The notes under the pieces were generated by a model that saw only the letters and a program-made list of their open reading frames with translations, did not search any database and was not told the DNA's origin. The position numbers and the translations under genes were made by a program. A DNA stretch of 24,000 nt from an uncultured Clostridia bacterium (GTDB taxonomy: Bacteria; Bacillota; Clostridia; Oscillospirales; Ruminococcaceae). Position 1 is the first letter of the stretch, and each line of letters opens with the position of its first letter. Positions 7,562 through 14,611 of the stretch are shown here, one piece after another. Where the stretch lies: assembly GCA_947586185.1 (NCBI GenBank), contig CANPXN010000011.1, positions 1 through 24,000 of the forward strand, in the 5' to 3' direction.

Positions 7562-7927
7562 ATGGATGAAAATTTTTTCGAGATAGGAACATTTAAACAA
7601 GAATATAATCAAAAATTAAATACAAATTTGCCGTGCTTAAAAATTGTTCAGTCTAAAGGTTTAGAAAAACATATTTTAAAAAGACATTCTAATCAAGTAC
7701 ATTATTTAAATCGTGTTAAAGAGATTTTAGAAACCCCTGATTATATTGGTTCTAATCCTAAAGAGCCTGATAGCATAGAACTAATTAAAATATATGAAGA
7801 TAATATCTTGATTGCAATTAAGTTAGATTATAGTAATGGATATTATTATTTAGCTTCTTTGTATGATATAAGTGAAGGGAAAATAAACAACAGATTAAAT
7901 TCAGGAAGATTGAAGAAATATACTTGA
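7562..7927 (+). CDS. Stand-alone PBECR-type (phage Barnase/EndoU/colicin E5-D/RelE-like) putative RNase
   Basis: KGLEKHILKRHSNQVHYLNRVKEILETPDYIGSNPKEPDSIELIKIYEDNILIAIKLDYSNGYYYLASLYDISEGKINNRLNSGRLKK fits the remembered pattern H...RH, PDY(I/V)G, SIE(L/F)(I/V)K, (A/V)(I/V)K(L/V), Y..S.Y, sGrL. I moved the start to ATG 7562. Confidence 0.7.
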   Translation: MDENFFEIGTFKQEYNQKLNTNLPCLKIVQSKGLEKHILKRHSNQVHYLNRVKEILETPDYIGSNPKEPDSIELIKIYEDNILIAIKLDYSNGYYYLASLYDISEGKINNRLNSGRLKKYT

Positions 7928-7952
7928 CTTTTAGTAGTGATTGATGTATAAT
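7924..7952 (+). promoter_or_regulatory. Perfect consensus promoter overlapping the nuclease stop codon
   Basis: TTGACT (7924-7929; the TGA stop 7925-7927 lies inside it), 17-nt spacer, TATAAT (7947-7952). Confidence 0.7.
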
Positions 7953-7957
7953 GAAAG

Positions 7958-8102
7958 TAACATAATAATATAATATTATTGGTTGTTTGAGGTCAGAAAG
8001 GCTCCTGACACTCTCTTCGGAGAACCTGAGATGATGGGTACGCCGTCCATCCAAATAACCACAAGCAAGAAGGAAAGTGATTATTTTGCTTTCCTTCTTT
8101 TT
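7958..8102 (+). ncRNA. Candidate ~145-nt structured RNA with an 80-nt cloverleaf-like core
   Basis: Lies between the promoter (7924-7952) and the terminator (8067-8102). Hand fold of 7981-8060: closing helix GGUUGUUU/AAAUAACC; arms GUCAG/CUGAC, UCUC-UUCG-GAGA and GAUGGG/UCCAUC. No Rfam family recognised. Confidence 0.5.
8067..8102 (+). terminator. Rho-independent terminator of the candidate RNA
   Basis: AAGAAGGAAAG (8067-8077) / CTTTCCTTCTT (8089-8099) is a perfect 11-bp stem running into a T-run that ends at 8102. Confidence 0.8.
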
Positions 8103-8202
8103 ATACTAAGATTATAAATCAATACTAGATTAAATTAAACCATTAGCAGACAGAAATAGTATAATCGCTTTCCATTTTTGGAAGGCGATTTGTCGCTGAG
8201 TA

Positions 8203-8231
8203 TTGACAGCCAGAATAAAATCTGATATACT
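8203..8231 (+). promoter_or_regulatory. Promoter of the RHH gene
   Basis: TTGACA (8203-8208), 17-nt spacer, TGaTATACT (8223-8231). The -10 is itself part of the first repeat. Confidence 0.6.
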
Positions 8232-8377
8232 GATATCATAAGGTGTATCAGTATATAGAAGTAGTGGTGATTGCAGTTATGATATCAGTATATTGAAATA
8301 ATAGTGATATCAGTTGAGATATTAGTATATACACAATTTCTGATAGCTATACTGATATTAAGTGTGATAGCAGTATA
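8222..8377. repeat. Array of about nine CTGATAT/ATATCAG heptads in mixed orientation (iteron/operator array)
   Basis: CTGATAT at 8222, 8230 and 8352; CTGATAG at 8340; ATATCAG at 8282 and 8307; ATATTAG at 8319; GTATCAG at 8245; ATAGCAG at 8367. The longer unit TGATATCAGTATA (8280-8292) recurs forward (8305, 8365; partial 8246) and inverted as TATACTGATATCA (8226-8238, 8348-8360). Confidence 0.75.
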
Positions 8378-8389
8378 GGAGATGTTATT

Positions 8390-9037
8390 ATGGCTAAATC
8401 TTCAACTAAGGCAAAGTCTGAGTATAATAAGAAAAACTATGTACAGGCTTCGTTGCGATTTAAAAAGGGCGAGAAAGAAAAGTGGCAAGAAGAAGCTGCG
8501 AAACAGGGCGAAACCTTTAACGAGTATATCATCAAGGCTTTGGAGATGAGGCGAGAGCAGGACAACACAAATCAAGACGGCTCAGATACACAAAAGGCAT
8601 TGGAGAATACTTTCCATATTGATAACATGGATTTGCTTAGTAAATTACCGATATCAGAACTGATAGCATACATTAACGAGGCTGTTTCTGAGAAGAGAGA
8701 AGCAGATAAGAAAAAACAGGAATATGCTTTATTAAAAGAATCGGGATTTTTTGATAGGGATATTGAGGAACTTAAGGAATCTAAATGTATGACTTCTGAT
8801 TATTCTTTTAATTACATAGTATCAAGCATACGTTATTTAAATTATGTAGCTGCTGATAAGTATGGTAAACTATATCATATGATAGAAGCCTATCCTTCTG
8901 TCGATGATTTTTTGAAAAGATGTGGGTATACGTCCGATTCTGAAGAATCAAAGAATTATAAAAAAAGAGCAATTAATGAGTTATTCAAAGTGTTCAATCT
9001 TGAGAGAGAGAAAGCATTAAGGGAATTATCTGAATAG
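8390..9037 (+). CDS. Ribbon-helix-helix (CopG/Arc/omega-like) DNA-binding protein with an unknown C-terminal domain
   Basis: The N-terminus KKNYVQASLRFKKGEKEKWQEEAAKQGETFNEYIIKALEMRRE has a beta-strand/helix/helix RHH pattern. The remaining ~150 aa are not recognised. Confidence 0.7.
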   Translation: MAKSSTKAKSEYNKKNYVQASLRFKKGEKEKWQEEAAKQGETFNEYIIKALEMRREQDNTNQDGSDTQKALENTFHIDNMDLLSKLPISELIAYINEAVSEKREADKKKQEYALLKESGFFDRDIEELKESKCMTSDYSFNYIVSSIRYLNYVAADKYGKLYHMIEAYPSVDDFLKRCGYTSDSEESKNYKKRAINELFKVFNLEREKALRELSE

Positions 9038-9057
9038 TTACACAAGTATATATTTAG

Positions 9058-9094
9058 CCGTTACTCCATTACAAGGGGTAACGGTTATTTTTTT
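9058..9094 (+). terminator. Rho-independent terminator
   Basis: CCGTTAC (9058-9064) / GTAACGG (9078-9084), followed by ATTTTTTT. Confidence 0.7.
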
Positions 9095-9415
9095 CGATCT
9101 CACAATAATATATCAAGGGGAGGGGGTATGTTTTCGTTTGAAAAAGTTAAAGTACCTATATATTAGAGTATAGGGGGAGATTTTCGCCCAAAAGTTTTTT
9201 GTCTTGCAAACAGCACTAACGCACATATGTGGGTATAAAAATTTTGGCTGTTAAAGGGGGATAATACAAGTAATTACTATTCCTCCCTTTAATGGACAAA
9301 AAAATTGAACGTGTATAACTGCAATAGTAATTAAGATAGTATATACGTCTTTTCAAGGTGGACGAAATGGCAACCTTGAAAACTTCAAACTATGCGGTAA
9401 AACACAGACCCTTTG

Positions 9416-9736
9416 TTATTTTTGCAAGGTCCCTCTGAAATTTCGGAAAAAGCGTGTCATTTGTGCGGATTTTTGAGCAAGTGTCCGAATTTCGGACGGC
9501 TGGTTTAAGACAACATCAAAAATTGAACGTCCGCCAAGTGGACTATCAATACATTCGTCATAACGCACCCTAAAAAAATCTATTCCTTCAGTAAACCTAT
9601 CTTTGTTATCATTAAATCTCTTTCTTGCAGTCCCATCAGGTCTGTTATGCACCATATCAATATCCTTAAAAGTTACTACACGGCGATTGTTGTGCTCTGC
9701 TATGTCAGAGGAAGATTGCCGCAGAGTATGTGGCAT
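9416..9736 (-). CDS. ORF6N-domain protein, possibly a fragment
   Basis: RRVVTFKDIDMVHNRPDGTARKRFNDNKDRFTEGIDFF matches the ORF6N (antirepressor-associated) motif. The C-terminal half looks atypical. No good SD. The longest ORF form (to 9772) uses TTG and overlaps the ParB fragment. Confidence 0.45.
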   Translation of the reverse strand: MPHTLRQSSSDIAEHNNRRVVTFKDIDMVHNRPDGTARKRFNDNKDRFTEGIDFFRVRYDECIDSPLGGRSIFDVVLNQPSEIRTLAQKSAQMTRFFRNFRGTLQK

Positions 9737-9972
9737 TGTGTGGTAACTCTCACGGGGGCGATAGAAAATCAAATTCCAAGAATCGGAACTTGAAATCGCT
9801 GGAAGAAATTTCTTTCCAACTTGGTATTTCTCTCACAAATCTAACTGATATGCTTGCCATAGAGCGCAAGCTTACCCCTGAAGTCAAGGAAATGCTTGAC
9901 AACGGCGTGTTCACTAAAACAACAGCAAGCAAGATACTCACCAAACTCTATTACAATACTATGCCAGAATAA
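9730..9972 (+). pseudogene. Internal fragment of a ParB/KorB-like protein (HTH portion only)
   Basis: NSHGGDRKSNSKNRNLKSLEEISFQLGISLTNLTDMLAIERKLTPEVKEMLDNGVFTKTTASKI is the GGDRKS plus HTH segment that normally follows a ParB N-terminal domain. No ParB N-domain precedes it. It has a GTG pseudo-start and overlaps the ORF6N gene. Confidence 0.5.
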
Positions 9973-10170
9973 TGCTATTGCTCTTTTCTACTTTGGCTGA
10001 AATACATACTATTAGAAATTTACGCAAAATAAATGCAAATAAAGACACTTACCATTTTAGGGGTAACTTTACCCTTAAAACAGTAAATGCCTTTAAATTC
10101 TATTTAGATTTGAGTATTTCTAATAGGATATGGGAGCAGGTCTATATACACGATAATTAATATAAACTTA

Positions 10171-10199
10171 TTGACAAATTGGTTGCTTAATATTATAAT
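10171..10199 (+). promoter_or_regulatory. Consensus promoter of the ParB-like gene
   Basis: TTGACA (10171-10176), 17-nt spacer, TATAAT (10194-10199). An inverted repeat GTTAGCA/TGCTAAC (10203-10209/10225-10231) sits at the predicted transcript 5' end. Confidence 0.65.
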
Positions 10200-10257
10200 T
10201 TGGTTAGCACTTATAATCGCAGACTGCTAACACCACGACAATTAGATTGCAGATTAA

Positions 10258-11871
10258 ATGGAGAGTATGATAATGGAAGAAAAGATTATAAAGGTAAATA
10301 TATCGATTTTAAAGCCTCACCCCGAAAATGAGAAAATCTATGGAGAAAATGAGGATATTTCAGAATTGAAAGAATCCATATTGACGGAGGGATTATCAAC
10401 ACCTTTAAAAATTACCGATAATAAGGTTATTATATCGGGACATCGAAGATGGAAGTCCTGCTGTCAGCTTGTAAATGAGGGGCATTCTGAATTTTCTGTT
10501 GTTGACTGCATTGTTGAACACTATCAAAATTCAGAGGCAGAATTGAAAGACATAGTGCTTGCCAATGCTCATAGACAGAAGAATTATGAACAGATCGCCC
10601 GTGAAGCTTTGACTTTATCCGAAATTCATCGTACAGAAGCTGAAAAGAGAATGAAATTAGGAAAGAAGCTTGACCCTATGATAAATTTATCACAGGGTAG
10701 TACTCGCGAAATGACAGCAAATGATTTGAAAAAATCCGGAGTGAAAATATCGGAAACAAATGTTAGCTGCTTGATAAATGCAATTAAATCTATTGATTCG
10801 TATTCTGCAAACGGGAAATTATTAGAAGCATCATTAATACAGCGAGAGTTACACAAGAATGTACCTAATTATAGCACGATAAGTAATTTAACAAAAAATA
10901 TGGATAAACTCTCAGAAAAGGACAAGCAAGAACTTTTTGATAATAAAATTACTATTAATAAGATACTAAAGAGAGATGATTCTAAACAAGCTATAAAAGC
11001 AGAGGCAACAGAAAACAAGAAACAATTATGCGATAAAATAAATGACGATTATACTGTTGGTATGCTTTTTCAAGATGAATTACATTCAACAGGTATTCAT
11101 GTTGACATAACAAAATCAAAATTAGAGAAATTGTGGAGGATCGTCGGTAATAATCAGGTATTTTCGTTCTACCCGACAGAGCTAATTAATTCATTGAAAA
11201 CAATGATTCGTGATATGAAAGATAACTTTGAATACTTGAAAATTGTTAATTCAATGTGTGATATTGAACTTATCAAAGAAATAGAGCCTATAACAAAACG
11301 TGAATTTTGGAAGAAATTAAATCATTTTAATTACTCAACAGATAAACTGAATATATTACAGGATAAGGTTATATTCACAATTTTAAGAACGTTAGCATTA
11401 TTATGTGATGCTTACGTGTGGCTATATCCTAATGAAGATGAGATATATTGCTATGATTATAACAATAATGCTGAATTGTTGAGCTTTGCAAGGGACTTTA
11501 AAATTGACAGCAACAAGAAAATGATAAATAGCTTAATTAAGCTGTACGAACAATTTGATGACATTCTCAAAAGACTTAAAGACTTGACGGAAAAGGACTT
11601 ACGATTTTTTAATGATTGCAATATTCCTCATTTAATAAAAACATTGGATTATTTTAATTCTTTGGAGGATAACGGAATCCTTTTTGACGATATTCTTATA
11701 GAATTGCTTGACCCTGAACAGCGTAGGGCTTTTAATAATGTTACTGACGATTCGATGGATATTTATGAAACATGGGTATATTCTGATAAAAATGTAGAAA
11801 ATAGGCAGGACTTCTTAAATAATCTTGTTGACGAATATGTTGATAATCTTGACGATAAAGATGAAGAGTAA
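10258..11871 (+). CDS. ParB/sulfiredoxin N-terminal-domain protein with a long unknown C-terminal extension
   Basis: ILKPHPENEKIYGENEDISELKESILTEGLSTPLKITDNKVIISGHRRW contains the ParB box with GHRR. About 350 aa of unrecognised sequence follow, ending in an acidic tail DNLDDKDEE. ATG 10273 is the better-spaced start relative to GGAGAG (10260-10265). Confidence 0.85.
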   Translation: MESMIMEEKIIKVNISILKPHPENEKIYGENEDISELKESILTEGLSTPLKITDNKVIISGHRRWKSCCQLVNEGHSEFSVVDCIVEHYQNSEAELKDIVLANAHRQKNYEQIAREALTLSEIHRTEAEKRMKLGKKLDPMINLSQGSTREMTANDLKKSGVKISETNVSCLINAIKSIDSYSANGKLLEASLIQRELHKNVPNYSTISNLTKNMDKLSEKDKQELFDNKITINKILKRDDSKQAIKAEATENKKQLCDKINDDYTVGMLFQDELHSTGIHVDITKSKLEKLWRIVGNNQVFSFYPTELINSLKTMIRDMKDNFEYLKIVNSMCDIELIKEIEPITKREFWKKLNHFNYSTDKLNILQDKVIFTILRTLALLCDAYVWLYPNEDEIYCYDYNNNAELLSFARDFKIDSNKKMINSLIKLYEQFDDILKRLKDLTEKDLRFFNDCNIPHLIKTLDYFNSLEDNGILFDDILIELLDPEQRRAFNNVTDDSMDIYETWVYSDKNVENRQDFLNNLVDEYVDNLDDKDEE

Positions 11872-11982
11872 TGCAGATATTGTGATATGTCACAATTAAA
11901 CTTCGGCTTATTTGTGCAAAACGTAGAAATAATAAATTTTTCATAAAAAAGCTCAAAAATCAAAAAAACATAAAAAATTGAG

Positions 11983-12011
11983 TTGAAATGAATTTTTAAA
12001 TTAGATATAAT
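11983..12011 (+). promoter_or_regulatory. Promoter of the structured leader
   Basis: TTGAAA (11983-11988), 17-nt spacer, TATAAT (12006-12011). Confidence 0.6.
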
Positions 12012-12017
12012 AAGCTT

Positions 12018-12266
12018 AGAAAATAAAAGAGCCTCACTCACCAAAGTGAAGCCCTTTAATATGAATCTCAACTGACACGCCAATGCCTGTTGAGTAATCT
12101 GAATAGCGCCAACTACTCAGAAAAAATATGTATAAGATTGCTGACACCTTGAAGGTATCAATCAACCCGCATTTTGATTGTATCACAACTGAATTAATTA
12201 GTCAAGGTGTTGATAGGAAGCCATACCCTTTTGGGTATATAGGGCTTACCTGTTGACACCTTTTTT
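12018..12266 (+). promoter_or_regulatory. ~250-nt leader with alternative terminator/antiterminator pairings
   Basis: GACACCUUGA (12143-12152) and the terminator 3' arm (12242-12260) both complement 12202-12211. Upstream there are mutually exclusive helices: 12067-72/12089-94 versus 12091-96/12114-19. Confidence 0.55.
12206..12266 (+). terminator. Strong rho-independent terminator
   Basis: 17-bp lower stem (12206-12222 / 12243-12260, one bulge, three G-U pairs) plus a 6-bp apical stem ATACCC/GGGTAT (12223-12238), then TTTTTT (12261-12266). Confidence 0.8.
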
Positions 12267-12353
12267 ATATTGGAAGGGCGGTGAAACCGATGTAATAATA
12301 AGAGAACAACAGAAGTACTTGAAAAAATCAATTAATGAAAGGAAAGACGAATT

Positions 12354-12566
12354 ATGAACACTAATGTTAAGTACAATAACGATGGAACGGTAACAATCAG
12401 CAAGGAAGCATATGAGGAAATGACAAAATCAATTATTGACACAAATAAAGCACTTGCAGAAAACAGCAAGGAACTAAGCAAGATTATAAATCAGCTTAAT
12501 GAGATTGACACGGATGTGAAGTACATTAACAAAAGGCTCAATTGCTCCGAGGTGCAGACTGCATAA
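12354..12566 (+). CDS. Hypothetical small coiled-coil protein
   Basis: 70-aa ORF with AAAGGAAAG upstream of the ATG. Confidence 0.6.
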   Translation: MNTNVKYNNDGTVTISKEAYEEMTKSIIDTNKALAENSKELSKIINQLNEIDTDVKYINKRLNCSEVQTA

Positions 12567-12744
12567 GGAGATAGTTATGTTTTGAATGTCTGCTATGTGT
12601 CGGAATTTATCCTTTTTGTACATAGTGGACATTCAAAATTAGTAATCAGTTTTAAAAGATACCAAATAAAAAATTTTATCAAAAAAAGGAGTTTGCTCAT
12701 TTTATAAAAGTAAATATCACAAAAGAAAGGAATGATAAAATATT

Positions 12745-12975
12745 TTGAAAACTGCTATTGATACCAACAAGAAACAGACATTTACAGAAAAGAAATTCAA
12801 CTATACACCTGTTTTCAAACTCCATATGGCAGGATGGTTAATGCAAAAAGGATTTATTCTAATTTACTGTAAACAACATGAATACAAGCAAGGGCAGATA
12901 GTTTATTACTTTCTGTCAAGCGACAAGCTGAATAACGCCATTAAAGAATATACAAACAGCGGTCACCACCTTTAA
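12745..12975 (+). CDS. Small phage protein, DUF5659-like
   Basis: FKLHMAGWLMQKGFILIYCKQHEYKQGQIVYYFLSSDKLNNAIKEYTN resembles the DUF5659 pattern (aromatic/Ala-Ala-x-L-x-x-x-G-F...F-x-F...Y). TTG start. Confidence 0.5.
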   Translation: MKTAIDTNKKQTFTEKKFNYTPVFKLHMAGWLMQKGFILIYCKQHEYKQGQIVYYFLSSDKLNNAIKEYTNSGHHL

Positions 12976-12993
12976 TATTGTGAGGTGATGACT

Positions 12994-13269
12994 ATGGAGA
13001 ACAAAAAACGAGTATCCGACATTATTACTGCAACAGATATTAATAGTTGGAATAAGGGCGATGTTGTTACAATTTCCGCAGGCTGCGGAGTTGGCAAAAG
13101 CTACTTTATAAAGAATATTCTTTATGCAAAAGCTAAAGCAGAAAATAAAAAAATACTAATGTTTGTACACAGATCAAAATGCTCCGATCAGTTTGAATTT
13201 GAAATTGAAAGCGCAGGTAAAACAGATATTATTGATATCAAAACATATCGTCTATCGAATATATCATAA
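12994..13269 (+). CDS. SF2 DExH helicase, N-terminal piece (Walker A)
   Basis: SAGCGVGKSY is helicase motif I. The ORF stops at 13267-13269. The start follows GAGGTG; the ORF track begins at GTG 12985. Confidence 0.7.
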   Translation: MENKKRVSDIITATDINSWNKGDVVTISAGCGVGKSYFIKNILYAKAKAENKKILMFVHRSKCSDQFEFEIESAGKTDIIDIKTYRLSNIS

Positions 13270-13289
13270 TCAATGGTCATGGTGTTTCT

Positions 13290-14516
13290 TTGGAAGATTA
13301 CGCATATATAGTATCGGACGAATTTCACTATTTCATAGAGGATTCGGGATTTAACTGCTACACAGATATATCATTTAATGCTATTATCAAATGTCGGTAT
13401 ACAGCAAAAATATTTATGTCTGCGACTGGGGATGCAATGCTGACTATGATAAATAAATATGTCAACAAAAGGAATATACATTCATATAGTATTCGCCCTG
13501 ACTATTCACATTTACGAAGTTTGAAATTCTTTTATCAGAAAGATACCATAAGAACGCTGGCATACAGATTCAAAGCTTCAGGTAAAAAGGCAATTTTTTT
13601 CATTCAGTCTGTAGCAGATGCACACAGTTTGTATAAGGAATTTCAAGACTGTTCCTTATTCCTATGTGGCAAAAGCTCTGAAAACGGCAAAAAATATTAT
13701 AACGATGTTGACGATGACAAAATCACACAAATGCTCACTGAACAGAAATTTGAGGAACAATTCCTGATTACAACTACTTGTTTTGATGCCGGAGCAAATA
13801 TAATTGATACGGAATTACATACTGTTGTAATTGATATAAAAAATATCAGTTCTTTAATTCAGTGCCTCGGCAGAAAAAGAAGTCAGGGAGCAGGTGACAC
13901 ACTTGATATATTTGTTAAGGCTGTATCAAACAGGCAAATCGGAGGTATGCGGTCAAAAAGAGTAGAAGGATTGAAACGGGCAGATTTTCTTTTAAAAAAC
14001 AATACAAGAGCGTATGTGGAGGAATATCCCCGTGACGATAATTTTAGTAAATTTCATCGGGCATTAATATATGATGAGCCTATGTCAAAGTCAAGAAAAA
14101 ACACCTGCACTAAAAAAGTAAATATGATGATATACGAAAAGTACAAGCTTGACATATCGCAATGTGATGAAATATTAAAGCTTGGTTATGCTCAATGTAT
14201 TGCCAATATTCTTCATTTTGGCAACGGCTACGGAAGGTATTATAAATTCTGTAACGAGGGTGATCTAAATGATTATTTGGAAATGCTTGCAGCTAATCAG
14301 ACAGTTATGCTTACAGCAGAAGATAAAAAGCCGTTTATTGAAAAGATGAATGTAAAGCATAATGGCAAACTTTTGAAAAGTAAGAATAGCTTAAACGCTG
14401 CTTTAGAGGAAAAGCATAAGCCATACAGAATAGAGGGATTTATGACAAATAGAGTTGTTGACGGAAAGAAAAAGAAATTTAAATCTGCATGGAAAGTGAT
14501 TAAGGTTAAAAAATAG
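13290..14516 (+). CDS. SF2 DExH helicase, C-terminal piece (motifs II-VI)
   Basis: VSDEFHYF (motif II, DEFH), MSATG (III), TTTCFDAGANI (V), QCLGRKRS (VI). This frame is already open from 13236 (YQNISSIEYIIINGHGVSLEDYAY), overlapping the end of the upstream piece. Confidence 0.8.
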   Translation: MEDYAYIVSDEFHYFIEDSGFNCYTDISFNAIIKCRYTAKIFMSATGDAMLTMINKYVNKRNIHSYSIRPDYSHLRSLKFFYQKDTIRTLAYRFKASGKKAIFFIQSVADAHSLYKEFQDCSLFLCGKSSENGKKYYNDVDDDKITQMLTEQKFEEQFLITTTCFDAGANIIDTELHTVVIDIKNISSLIQCLGRKRSQGAGDTLDIFVKAVSNRQIGGMRSKRVEGLKRADFLLKNNTRAYVEEYPRDDNFSKFHRALIYDEPMSKSRKNTCTKKVNMMIYEKYKLDISQCDEILKLGYAQCIANILHFGNGYGRYYKFCNEGDLNDYLEMLAANQTVMLTAEDKKPFIEKMNVKHNGKLLKSKNSLNAALEEKHKPYRIEGFMTNRVVDGKKKKFKSAWKVIKVKK

Positions 14517-14520
14517 TTTT

Positions 14521-14577
14521 ACCCCCCTAAATGGGTGTGAAGCCTATATATTAAGCATACCACCCAAATAGGGGGGC
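14521..14577. repeat. Three-tier hairpin, copy 1
   Basis: CCCCCC (14522-27) / GGGGGG (14571-76); TGGGTG (14532-37) / CACCCA (14561-66); AT-rich apex. The 41-nt core is 14529-14569. Confidence 0.7.
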
Positions 14578-14611
14578 AAAGAAAAGTGGTTTGGTATTAT
14601 TTGAAAAAAGT

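Noticed and set aside
8031-8117. 28-codon ORF (MMGTPSIQITTSKKESDYFAFLLFILRL) inside the candidate RNA, with GGAG 8 nt upstream; possible type I toxin-like peptide
   Set aside because: Its stop codon (8115-8117) lies beyond the terminator U-tract (8102), so the terminated transcript would lack a stop. I keep it only as the alternative hypothesis to the ncRNA call.
8222-8377. Possible CRISPR array or tandem-repeat locus
   Set aside because: The units are 7-13 bp, in mixed orientation, with no regular spacers and no cas genes. This fits protein-binding iterons.
12128-12265. 45-codon ORF in the leader (MYKIADTLKVSINPHFDCITTELISQGVDRKPYPFGYIGLTC), HTH-like at its start
   Set aside because: It has no Shine-Dalgarno sequence (preceded by an A-run). 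Its 3' half is exactly the terminator hairpin. It may be a relic rather than a gene.
13236-13269. Programmed -1 ribosomal frameshift joining the two helicase pieces
   Set aside because: There is no slippery X-XXY-YYZ heptamer and no obvious downstream stimulatory structure. An indel or a sequencing error is more parsimonious.
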